DNA of 64,000 nucleotides from a virus: the IMG/VR virus record IMGVR_UViG_3300010233_000008, one strand, 5' to 3'. Position numbers and translations under genes: made by a program. Below, piece by piece: positions 9,956 through 18,343 of this stretch; the first letter of the stretch is position 1, and every line of letters starts with the position of its first letter. Below the pieces are notes generated by a model that worked only from the letters and a program-made list of their open reading frames with translations, had not been told where the DNA came from and did not search any database.

Positions 9956-10092
9956 CGATAAAGCGGCGGGATAATCGTGGGGTCGCTCTTCACGCATGAT
10001 AAGCTGTCGTCGGGTCAGCTTCCCGTCCGCTCTTTAACCCGAAATACGCACACGTCTCCCGTCCGTGGGCATTAACTTAATAAGGATACCAA
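9956..10092 (+). promoter_or_regulatory. GC-rich structured leader upstream of major capsid gene with direct repeat TCCCGTCCG x2
   Basis: G+C rises to roughly 55-60% against a ~33% background; TCCCGTCCG at 10021-10029 and 10057-10065. Confidence 0.35.
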
Positions 10093-11349
10093 ATGCCTAC
10101 AATTTCTGGCCTTTCGGTTACTTCCACTCGTTTGGCTAATACTGCATTTTCTGCCACATTTTTCCCTCGCGTGATGCGTTCGGTGTGGCCACGAATTTGT
10201 GGTACTACTAAGTCAAGTGCGTCGGTTGAGCCGTTCGCTTTCATCGGTGCTTCTCCGTTGCTTAAACTGTTTCAGGGTAATGTCCCCGCTCAAGCAGTTC
10301 CCAGCTTTACTCTTAACGTTCCAAATCCTATTTGGAAAAATATTGAATTGTGGCGTCGGTCACAGTTTGAATTGGATCAGACTCGCGTTCTCTCGAAACG
10401 AGTTGGAATGCTTGGTGTTAAGGTTGCCCAGACTTGGGATTACCTTTTAGCTAATGTTATTCTCAATGGCTCTACTGCTGGTAGCCAAACCTTCCTTTAT
10501 CCGGAAGATGGTAATACCTATACGATGACATTTGATAATCAGCCGATTTTCAGTGCATCACATACCGTTACTTCCTTTAATGCTATTGGTGGTGGGAATG
10601 CTCCTACTTATTCCAATATTATTCAGGGCCATTTGCCGGTAGGAACTAGCAGTTTATTCGCTCAGGATGTTGGCGTTACTGCTACACAGTTGCAGAATGA
10701 CGTTCAGGCTATTATTCAGCGAATTTCTACTTGGGTTGATGATAAGGGTGCATTGATTTATCCGGATTTTGATCCGGCTCGTCAATTGGTTCTTGTTGTT
10801 CCTCCTCAGTTGTTTGCTGGTGCTGAACTTGCATTTAGGGTTCAGGGTGGATTGATTGGTGGTAGTTATCAGTCTAGCGCTGGTTCTTCGACCAATATTG
10901 GTTATAAGATGGTAAAAGATGTCATTAATTGGAATCTGTTAACCGGATGTCCAAACTTGACTTCAATTAGCCCAACCGCCACTGTTGGCCCTACTAATGT
11001 CAATGAATATTATGCTTTCATTGATGGAGATTATGTTCGTCCGTTCTATTTCCAGAGATTCATGCCTGTTAGACAGGGTGAAACTATGCCATTGGGTGAA
11101 GACCCGGCGGCACAGGCTGCTCGGATTATAGATCAGGCCAATACTAGCGGATTGTCGGTTACTCCGGAAGCTGCGGAAGTTTATGCGGCTACTGAAATCG
11201 ACTCGAACCTTGGCGCTCTTGGCGCTAATGCTCAGTATGATGTTGTGGCAAAGGAACAATTCTTTGTCTCTGCCCGTACTCGCGGAATGATCTTCCCCGG
11301 TCCATGGATGACCGCACTAAAAGTGGACCCAACCGGCACGTCCACCTAA
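10093..11349 (+). CDS. major capsid protein (418 aa)
   Basis: largest gene after protease-scaffold in head module; followed by a strong intrinsic terminator (high expression unit); no transmembrane or low-complexity regions. Confidence 0.55.
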   Translation: MPTISGLSVTSTRLANTAFSATFFPRVMRSVWPRICGTTKSSASVEPFAFIGASPLLKLFQGNVPAQAVPSFTLNVPNPIWKNIELWRRSQFELDQTRVLSKRVGMLGVKVAQTWDYLLANVILNGSTAGSQTFLYPEDGNTYTMTFDNQPIFSASHTVTSFNAIGGGNAPTYSNIIQGHLPVGTSSLFAQDVGVTATQLQNDVQAIIQRISTWVDDKGALIYPDFDPARQLVLVVPPQLFAGAELAFRVQGGLIGGSYQSSAGSSTNIGYKMVKDVINWNLLTGCPNLTSISPTATVGPTNVNEYYAFIDGDYVRPFYFQRFMPVRQGETMPLGEDPAAQAARIIDQANTSGLSVTPEAAEVYAATEIDSNLGALGANAQYDVVAKEQFFVSARTRGMIFPGPWMTALKVDPTGTST

Positions 11350-11371
11350 TTAAATTAGGTTTTTCTTACAC

Positions 11372-11412
11372 CCTCATTCACAATGAAATATTTGTGAATG
11401 AGGCTTTTATTC
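11372..11412 (+). terminator. rho-independent terminator after capsid gene
   Basis: perfect 12-bp stem CCTCATTCACAA/TTGTGAATGAGG (11372-11403), 8-nt loop, then CTTTTATTCT. Confidence 0.75.
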
Positions 11413-11414
11413 TC

Positions 11415-11442
11415 TTGACAAAATAAATCCCGATGATATCAT
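11415..11442 (+). promoter_or_regulatory. sigma70-like promoter TTGACA-16-TATCAT
   Basis: -35 11415-11420, -10 11437-11442; ATG 11451 lies ~8 nt downstream (leaderless configuration). Confidence 0.45.
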
Positions 11443-11450
11443 ATCCGATA

Positions 11451-11636
11451 ATGAATCAAATTGATAAATCTAATAATAAAATCTCCATCAAGCCATATCC
11501 TATTCCAAAGAAATTTGCGAATAAAGATATGATTGAGCAAGAAAGAATTATCAATGAATTGAAAAGGCTTAATAAAAATGGTGCTGGAGATACAGAACTA
11601 GCATCAACTTTAAGAAGTCATTTACGGAAGTTTTAA
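11451..11636 (+). CDS. hypothetical protein (61 aa; ORF track start 11433 lies inside the promoter)
   Basis: ORF; in-frame ATG at 11451 fits predicted TSS. Confidence 0.35.
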   Translation: MNQIDKSNNKISIKPYPIPKKFANKDMIEQERIINELKRLNKNGAGDTELASTLRSHLRKF

Positions 11637-11751
11637 GCTCTACGCCTGTCAAGTGTAGAGATTATCTGTTGATTCTCCGAGCTTATTAATTCGGAGATTT
11701 ATGATCGCAAGGTATATCTAGACGAGAAGTTTAGATATACCTATATAAAAA
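11637..11751 (+). promoter_or_regulatory. three consecutive stem-loops (6, 7 and 11 bp stems, 10-11 nt loops)
   Basis: CTCTAC/GTAGAG 11638-11660; TCTCCGA/TCGGAGA 11674-11697; AGGTATATCTA/TAGATATACCT 11710-11742, 10 nt upstream of ATG 11752. Confidence 0.5.
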
Positions 11752-11970
11752 ATGAAAACCAATCATCTTCCCAATCAACCTCGTTCCTCCGATTCGGAAA
11801 ACGGAATAGGTTCTAGGAATGACAATTTAGAAAATAGGGGAGTTATGAATTGGAATGAAGTTCAGCCAACACAATATCAAAAAGATCGGTGGAGATATTG
11901 TTGGCAATTAATAAAACAAGAAGATTATATATTTGAATTACCCGATTACTTTCCTAGAAAGGCCGCATAA
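11752..11970 (+). CDS. hypothetical protein (72 aa), possible toxin partner of downstream HigA-like gene
   Basis: start/stop overlap (TAATG) with 11970..12218; no clear RelE/HigB motif seen. Confidence 0.35.
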   Translation: MKTNHLPNQPRSSDSENGIGSRNDNLENRGVMNWNEVQPTQYQKDRWRYCWQLIKQEDYIFELPDYFPRKAA

Positions 11971-12218
11971 TGCCCGACACAATTACTCCCGGAAAAATTA
12001 TTCAAGACGAACTTCATTATCAAGGGTGGACGATTGGCGTTCTTGAATATAAAACTCATATCCCCGCTACAGATTGGGCCAATATTGTTTCAGGCAGAGA
12101 AAAAATTAATCAAGTTGTATCGGAGGGATTGGCTACGGCTTTCGGAACATCTGCACAACTTTGGCTAGATATTCAATCGCTTTACGATTCTAAGAGCGGG
12201 ATTTGTTTACTTCGTTGA
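11970..12218 (+). CDS. HigA-like XRE-family HTH antitoxin/regulator (82 aa)
   Basis: FGTSAQLWLDIQSLYD closely matches the HigA consensus FGTS.EFWLNLQ..YDL; preceded by HTH-like segment. Confidence 0.55.
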   Translation: MPDTITPGKIIQDELHYQGWTIGVLEYKTHIPATDWANIVSGREKINQVVSEGLATAFGTSAQLWLDIQSLYDSKSGICLLR

Positions 12219-12416
12219 CAATTTAATACTTTTACAGAAAGGCATACCTTGCCTGCTTCATTTTTGTTCTGGATTCTGATGATTTTGGCTTTCGTTCTTT
12301 CCGGTGGCCCATTTTATGCTCCCGGAAACAAGTATTTTCCTTTTGGTTCTGGCCTTTGTTTTTTTGTGGCAGTTGCAATTTTGGGCTGGAAATTTTTGGG
12401 TAGTATTGTTCAATAA

Positions 12417-13253
12417 TTGGGCGCAATCCTAACTATAGCAAGTGCAACGCTTGCGATTGATGGCTTAACCCTAACTATCAATATGGCTGGGGTGTCTGGA
12501 AGTCTATCCCCATCATCTGGGGTTACGGGATTTACTGTATATAGTAGTGGAGTAGGAATAAATATTTCATCCGCTACTGCTGCTGGTAGTGCCGTAGTTT
12601 TAGTAGTCGATACTGTAATCCAAGCTAGTGCAATTTGTACTCTTTCATTAGCTTCCGGAACCGGCACTAATTTAGTAGATGATGCAGCAAATACCCCTAC
12701 CGGACAAAATGGATTTTTAGTTGTTAATAATTCTACGGCCAATCCTTATTGTTCAAAACAACAACTAATAATGTTATATGACGTTAGATCGGTTCTACAA
12801 CTATCTAACGACGTAAATTCTAGACAGGGAAATCAACCTAATATCCAATTTATATTGGATGTTCAGGCTGGAGAATTAGAGTCAGCTTTATATGGCAGAT
12901 ATGACTTACCTTCTGTTTGGGCAATGAATCCTATTCCCTTAATTCTTACTAAATATGTAGCTGCTACGGCGGCTGGTAGATTGTGGGGACGTAGATCAGA
13001 TAAACCTAAAGCTATTTCTGCTGATGAAGAGTGGGCAGAAAATTGGATTAAGGGAATAATGAATGGTTCTATGTCTATTCCCGGACTTGAACGTGAGGCT
13101 CAACCAGTTCTACAAGATTCTGACTTTATTAATGGTGTATCTCAATTTGATTGGGTATATGGAACCGCACCTTCCCCGACCGGACCATCTGGAAATCAAA
13201 CTGGTCCTCCATGCGTAAATCCTTCGACTCAATTTAATGGTTCTATTCCCTAG
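12417..13253 (+). CDS. DUF1320 (Mu gp36-like) head-tail connector protein with 118-aa low-complexity N-extension (278 aa; possible true start ATG 12771)
   Basis: residues ~119-175 (MLYDVRSVLQLSNDV...ELESALYGRYDLP) match DUF1320 N-terminal consensus; third-position A/T bias supports + strand over antisense ORF 12410..12742. Confidence 0.5.
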   Translation: MGAILTIASATLAIDGLTLTINMAGVSGSLSPSSGVTGFTVYSSGVGINISSATAAGSAVVLVVDTVIQASAICTLSLASGTGTNLVDDAANTPTGQNGFLVVNNSTANPYCSKQQLIMLYDVRSVLQLSNDVNSRQGNQPNIQFILDVQAGELESALYGRYDLPSVWAMNPIPLILTKYVAATAAGRLWGRRSDKPKAISADEEWAENWIKGIMNGSMSIPGLEREAQPVLQDSDFINGVSQFDWVYGTAPSPTGPSGNQTGPPCVNPSTQFNGSIP

Positions 13254-13278
13254 CCCGATTTTATAAGGAAAAATCCCG

Positions 13279-13938
13279 ATGGCAAAACATATCAACATTC
13301 CCAATACTAATTATTGGGTATTAGAAGGCGATAGCGCATTAACCAAGGCCGCATTAGAAAGTGGCAGATTAATTAATGAAACATCAATAGAAAATCTCGA
13401 TGAAGTTAAGGCGTTAAAATCGGGTGACGTTGTTTTGGATATAGGAGCTTTGGTTGGAGATACGGCTGAAATTTTTCTAAATCTTGGCTGTGAAGTTTAT
13501 GCTTTTGAGCCATATTTAGATGCGTTTGAATGTTTAGAACATAATTGTCCAAAAGCCAAAAATTATAATGTTGCGGTTGGAGATGGCAGGCAAATGGCTG
13601 CATTGGGAAAATTGGGCGAAGATGGCTCAAATTTTGGAACTAGGATGATGGAATTAAATCAGGGGCAACCATCATTTAGAATAGATGACTTAAATCTTGA
13701 CAAATGTGATTTTGCCAAAATTGATTGCGAGGGATGCGAGCCAATGGTTTTGGATGGAATGAAGAGAACACTGAAAAAGTTCAAGCCAAAATTATTGATA
13801 GAATGTTATGATACTCTATTAAAAAAACAAGGGTTTAGGCGTGAAGATATTTTGGTCCCACTTAAAGAATTGGGATATCAATATCGAGTAGCAATCGGAA
13901 TTGAAAGTAATGATCGTGTAGATTTACTTTTTTACTAA
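13279..13938 (+). CDS. FkbM-family SAM-dependent methyltransferase (219 aa)
   Basis: DIGALVGDTAEIF...GCEVYAFEP...NVAVGDG matches Methyltransf_21/FkbM signature. Confidence 0.65.
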   Translation: MAKHINIPNTNYWVLEGDSALTKAALESGRLINETSIENLDEVKALKSGDVVLDIGALVGDTAEIFLNLGCEVYAFEPYLDAFECLEHNCPKAKNYNVAVGDGRQMAALGKLGEDGSNFGTRMMELNQGQPSFRIDDLNLDKCDFAKIDCEGCEPMVLDGMKRTLKKFKPKLLIECYDTLLKKQGFRREDILVPLKELGYQYRVAIGIESNDRVDLLFY

Positions 13939-13939
13939 A

Positions 13940-14572
13940 ATGTCAGAAAAATTAAAATACGGTCCCGATTGTTTCGACTACAATTATTATAATTCCAATT
14001 TTTCGGAAGCAATGAGATATGATAGTATATCTCAACAACACGAGTTAAAATATAAATTTGATTTTATACAAGATTTTGGAATTACATATAATTCGATATT
14101 ATTTGTCGGGTGTGCGACCGGGAATGAACCAAGATATTTTAGGAATAATGGTAAAGATGCTCAGGGTTGCGATATAAGTAAATATGCAATCAGCCAAGCC
14201 GATTCATCCATTTCTTCTAATATAAGAGAATATGATGGCGAAAAAATATCTTGGCAAGAAGACAATTCTATAGACGTTGTTTGCGCCTTCGATGTTCTAA
14301 CTATTATACCAAAAGAACAAAGAGAAAAATTAATCTCTGAAATGATTAGGGTCGCGTCTAAATTGATAGTTATTAGAACTACATTAAAGGTTCCGGACGA
14401 CTTGACAGATAGTGAATTTGATGGTATAGATGGATACTTATTCAAGCTGGAAACTTTGGCATATTGGGATAATATTTTTACAGAAAATAAAAAGCTCTGG
14501 TTAAAAAAGGCAAAAATTTATTCCATCAAGCATAATCATCGTGAAGCTATAATCGGTTTTGAGAGAGAGTAA
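13940..14572 (+). CDS. class I SAM-dependent methyltransferase (210 aa)
   Basis: motif I ILFVGCATGNE, acidic motif II (QGCDIS) and motif III-like VVCAFDVL. Confidence 0.55.
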   Translation: MSEKLKYGPDCFDYNYYNSNFSEAMRYDSISQQHELKYKFDFIQDFGITYNSILFVGCATGNEPRYFRNNGKDAQGCDISKYAISQADSSISSNIREYDGEKISWQEDNSIDVVCAFDVLTIIPKEQREKLISEMIRVASKLIVIRTTLKVPDDLTDSEFDGIDGYLFKLETLAYWDNIFTENKKLWLKKAKIYSIKHNHREAIIGFERE

Positions 14573-16998
14573 TGGATAGGATCGCTATCATTCAGCTTTG
14601 CAGATTCGGAGATATAGTCTCAATTCTCCCGATTGCCAAATACTTATCAAAAGATAATGAAGTAACAATAATCTGTCATGAAGATTTTGCGGGAATACTT
14701 GATGCAGTTAGTTATGTAAAAGTACAAACATTAAGTACGCATCATAGGGATTTGGTTGGAGCGATTGCTAAGGCTAAATTAGAAGGATACGATCAAATAT
14801 TAGTTACTCAGAATATGGGTAACAATAATCGTATTCCTTATGAAACTGATAATTATCAATGTCAACAATGGGCAAGAGCCGGATTCCTAGATAAGTTTCA
14901 TGATCTACCTTTAATCTTCGATAAAAGAAATAAAGAATTTGAAAATAAAGCCCTAAAACTTTTCTTACCCAAAGAAGATGGACGCCCATTATTAGGCTAT
15001 TCCTTACATGGAATTAGTTCTATCTATCTAAGATGGAAGGAACAAGAAGATTGGATTAAAAAAACATTTGGCAAGACTCATAGATTGATGAATTTTGGCG
15101 ATATTTGTACGGGTCAAGTTCATAATCTTTTGGGATTAATTGAGAAGTGTGATAAGTTAATAAGTATCGACACACTTCATTTACACTTAGCTTATGCGAC
15201 GAATACTCCGACTATAGCTTTGGTTGACGATAATCCACAAAAAAGAAGTGAGCCAAGAAAACATTGGATAGAAAATGTAACCTATATTGAGAGTATTACC
15301 GATATAGGGCGAGAAAAAATAAGTAATGCAGTTTATGACAAACCAAAATTAGGACGATTTTCTAAATCTATTTTCGTTCCTAAACCCGAATCAGAAAATG
15401 ATAATCGGGTTGCCATAATTGAACTAGCTCGATATGGGGATATAGTTAATGTTTTACCTATAGCTTATGATCTCCATAAAAAAGGTAATGAAGTTCACTG
15501 GTTTGTTCATCCTAATTTTGCCGATATTTTAGAAGCCGTTTCTTATGTTAAGGTTCATAAATATGGAGGATCGGATAGGGATGTTCAGGGCACATCAGAT
15601 TATGCTAGAAAACTAGGATTTAAGCGAGTCTTAGAATTACAAGTTAATGGCAATAAATTACCTTCTCCGATTGAATGTGAAAATTTCATTACGCAAAGTT
15701 GGGCTAGAGGCGGATATTTAGATAAGTTTCACGAATTGCCTTTAGTGTTTGATGAAAGAAATATTGATTTTGAAAATGATGCGCAAAAGGGATTGCCATA
15801 TACCCACAAAAAGGAAACGATTGCCTATTCTCTTGAAAGTCATTCATCCCCAATGCCAGAAAATAAAAAATTTGAGCAATGGATAATCAAAGAATTTGGG
15901 GATAAATTTAATCTGTGGAATATTGGGATATTAAAGCTAAAAAAGCCTCAATATCTTATTGGTATGTTGGAAATTGCTGGTATATTGATTTCGGTTGATA
16001 CCCTTTCCCTTCACTTATCCTACGCAACTAATACTCCAGTAATCGCCCTCGCTCCCGACCATAACACTCAAAATTATAAAGAGCGTTATAAATGGTATCA
16101 AAGCGAACCAAGAAATAACTGGATTGAAAGAGTTACTTATACTGATGCCTTAGAGAAAAAAGGTCAAGACAAAATAATCGCTGCCGTAAATGGGAAAAGG
16201 GAATTTGGTAAACTTACTCGTTCATTTGAAAAGTTTAAGTTGGATCGAATAGTTCACGCCGTAGAATGGCATATCCCTCCCCAACAAGATGAAAGGCGTA
16301 GACTTTTATCCGCACATAAAACTTGGGAGTCAGCTAGAAATTCAGATAATTCTTGTAAATTAGTTATAGTTGATACGGATAAAGCTAAGCGAACAAGCAA
16401 AACAGAATTAGGAGATAATCGCACACTTCCTTTTCTCCATGATATAATTGAATCAGGAATAAAAGAGTGTCAGAAAAACGACATACTTCTTCTTACAAAT
16501 TCCGATATATGTTTAACTCCCGAAGTTTCTACAATAATTAGAGCTAAATTAGCTAAAGAACCATGCTGTTTTTCTCGAAGGATAGATGTTCAGAATGCGG
16601 ATATTCCTAAATCATTAAGAATGATTGCTGGAATAGAGCCTCATCCCGGAACCGATTTATTTGCTTTTAGAACTTCATGGTGGGAGAAAAGAAAGAAGGA
16701 TTTTCCTGATTTGCTTGCAGCTTGTGAGGGTTGGGATTTTGTATTTAGACATATAATGTTATGGGATAACCCGAAAGCAGAGATACAGCCACCAATTATT
16801 TATCATGAATTACACAGAGCATACTGGTATAGAGGAGACGTTATTAACTCAAACCCCGGACAAATCTACAATAGAGAACTCGGTAGAGAATGGGCAATCA
16901 AATACGGATATGATGACGCCCTTAATCCAGAATGCCAAGGTGGACTCTTCAAGCTCGACGGACATTTTAGTAGAAAAACTCCCACAAAAACTAGCTGA
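14572..16998 (+). CDS. three-domain glycosyltransferase: 2 x GT9 (heptosyltransferase-like) + C-terminal GT-A-like domain (808 aa)
   Basis: domain 1 IAIIQLCRFGDIVSILP ... SIDTLHLHLAYATNTPTIALV; domain 2 VAIIELARYGDIVNVLP ... SVDTLSLHLSYATNTPVIALA (GT9 N-terminal R.GD..P and C-terminal DTG.HLA.A...P motifs); third domain LVIVDTD...LLLTNSD. Confidence 0.7.
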   Translation: MDRIAIIQLCRFGDIVSILPIAKYLSKDNEVTIICHEDFAGILDAVSYVKVQTLSTHHRDLVGAIAKAKLEGYDQILVTQNMGNNNRIPYETDNYQCQQWARAGFLDKFHDLPLIFDKRNKEFENKALKLFLPKEDGRPLLGYSLHGISSIYLRWKEQEDWIKKTFGKTHRLMNFGDICTGQVHNLLGLIEKCDKLISIDTLHLHLAYATNTPTIALVDDNPQKRSEPRKHWIENVTYIESITDIGREKISNAVYDKPKLGRFSKSIFVPKPESENDNRVAIIELARYGDIVNVLPIAYDLHKKGNEVHWFVHPNFADILEAVSYVKVHKYGGSDRDVQGTSDYARKLGFKRVLELQVNGNKLPSPIECENFITQSWARGGYLDKFHELPLVFDERNIDFENDAQKGLPYTHKKETIAYSLESHSSPMPENKKFEQWIIKEFGDKFNLWNIGILKLKKPQYLIGMLEIAGILISVDTLSLHLSYATNTPVIALAPDHNTQNYKERYKWYQSEPRNNWIERVTYTDALEKKGQDKIIAAVNGKREFGKLTRSFEKFKLDRIVHAVEWHIPPQQDERRRLLSAHKTWESARNSDNSCKLVIVDTDKAKRTSKTELGDNRTLPFLHDIIESGIKECQKNDILLLTNSDICLTPEVSTIIRAKLAKEPCCFSRRIDVQNADIPKSLRMIAGIEPHPGTDLFAFRTSWWEKRKKDFPDLLAACEGWDFVFRHIMLWDNPKAEIQPPIIYHELHRAYWYRGDVINSNPGQIYNRELGREWAIKYGYDDALNPECQGGLFKLDGHFSRKTPTKTS

Positions 16999-17659
16999 AT
17001 CTCCATCTATAAATACTAACGGAGAATTCGCTGATGCTTTACGTCAAGTAATTAAGGAATACGATCCCAGACGACTTTTGGAAACTGGAACATTTGATGG
17101 GTTGGGATCAACCGCGATTATTTCAGAATCCATCAATCCTTTGGCTAGATTAATTACTATCGAATGTGATTTTAGTCTATACGCTAAAGCCGTAGCAAAC
17201 ACTAGAAAATTTGGACACAAAGTAGATTGTAGAAATGGATTATCTATTCCATCTTCAATGTTACCGACTAAAGATGAAATAGTTAAAATGCTAAGTGAAT
17301 GTCCAGATAATCTCAACAAGGATTATCCAGAAGTTCAAAATCTAGATGACTATGCCATTTATTATCTTGATGAAATGAAAAGAGATTTCAAAGAAGATGA
17401 TTTAATTAAGCAGATTGTCTCAAAAGTTTTTGGAGGAAAATTAGATTTTGCGATTTTAGATAGTGCCGGACATTTGGGGTGGTTGGAATTCGCTTGTCTA
17501 TTAAACTTCTTAGAATCTCCATGTATAATTGCTTTAGATGATGTGAATCATATTAAGCATTACAAGAGTATGGAAGCCATAAGAAGCTCAAAGGTATTTA
17601 CTATTTTAAATGAGGGGGACGAGAGATATGGGTGGGCTATTGCTAGATATGATCCTTAA
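16910..17659 (+). CDS. TylF/CmcI-like sugar O-methyltransferase (start uncertain; ORF track 16805)
   Basis: LETGTFDGLGSTAI resembles TylF/macrocin O-MTase Gly-rich SAM motif (ECGV.RGGS); ORF overlaps end of GT gene in another frame; ATG 16910 is first in-frame Met. Confidence 0.5.
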   Translation: MMTPLIQNAKVDSSSSTDILVEKLPQKLAESPSINTNGEFADALRQVIKEYDPRRLLETGTFDGLGSTAIISESINPLARLITIECDFSLYAKAVANTRKFGHKVDCRNGLSIPSSMLPTKDEIVKMLSECPDNLNKDYPEVQNLDDYAIYYLDEMKRDFKEDDLIKQIVSKVFGGKLDFAILDSAGHLGWLEFACLLNFLESPCIIALDDVNHIKHYKSMEAIRSSKVFTILNEGDERYGWAIARYDP

Positions 17660-17904
17660 AAAGTTTTAGTTAAACTTGTCCTTATTGATTTAACTCCGAT
17701 AAAAGCAATTCCATTAAGACAATAATCCCTTTTACACATTAATTCTGAATCTGGAGTAACGGCATCACGAAATAATCTCGTTATCCTTGCTCTTGATTCG
17801 CTTTCAGACTGACTAATAATTTGATCCATTTTCATATCGTCTTGCCAAGTTCCACATTCAACTTGAATTTCAATAATACAATAAGTTTTTACGTCGTTTG
17901 CCAT
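17656..17904 (-). CDS. hypothetical protein (82 aa)
   Basis: first gene of a 5-gene antisense block inside the rightward structural region. Confidence 0.4.
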   Translation of the reverse strand: MANDVKTYCIIEIQVECGTWQDDMKMDQIISQSESESRARITRLFRDAVTPDSELMCKRDYCLNGIAFIGVKSIRTSLTKTF

Positions 17905-17906
17905 AA

Positions 17907-18098
17907 TTATTCCGAATGATGTAAAATATTTTCCGAATTCCTAAACTTATCTACTTTTTCTTGTCCTGCTTGACTCCACAATCCCCTGCATTCCAAACAT
18001 TCACAACCTCGCCTCATTGTACAATAAGTAGTTTCAATAGTCCCATTGGGCAGAAGTCTTTCTCGCCGACGTTGATTTAAAAATTCCTCAACTGACAT
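17907..18098 (-). CDS. Cys-rich hypothetical protein (63 aa)
   Basis: ORF 3 nt from neighbours; CTMRRGCECLEC. Confidence 0.4.
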   Translation of the reverse strand: MSVEEFLNQRRRERLLPNGTIETTYCTMRRGCECLECRGLWSQAGQEKVDKFRNSENILHHSE

Positions 18099-18101
18099 AA
18101 A

Positions 18102-18341
18102 TTATTCCTTCCAATCAATTTTAATTGCTCCGATCAATGCTTGACATTTAAAACCCCTAACTTCTAAACATCTGATTACTTTGTCTCTCATTACATCTCC
18201 AAGCCACCGTCTTTCAAAAGTACAACTAGAATTTTGACTAGCACAAGCCATTCTGATTTCTTGATATATTTCTAAAAGAAATTTATCTCTTAATACAGTA
18301 TCGTTTGCATTGAGTAAATCTCTTGCTTCCTTCGCTGTCAT
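18102..18341 (-). CDS. hypothetical protein (79 aa)
   Basis: tightly packed - strand ORF. Confidence 0.4.
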   Translation of the reverse strand: MTAKEARDLLNANDTVLRDKFLLEIYQEIRMACASQNSSCTFERRWLGDVMRDKVIRCLEVRGFKCQALIGAIKIDWKE

Positions 18342-18343
18342 AA

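Noticed and set aside
12410-12742. Minus-strand ORF 12410..12742 antisense to the N-extension of the DUF1320 gene
   Set aside because: Third-position A/T codon bias fits the + strand. All neighbours are + strand.
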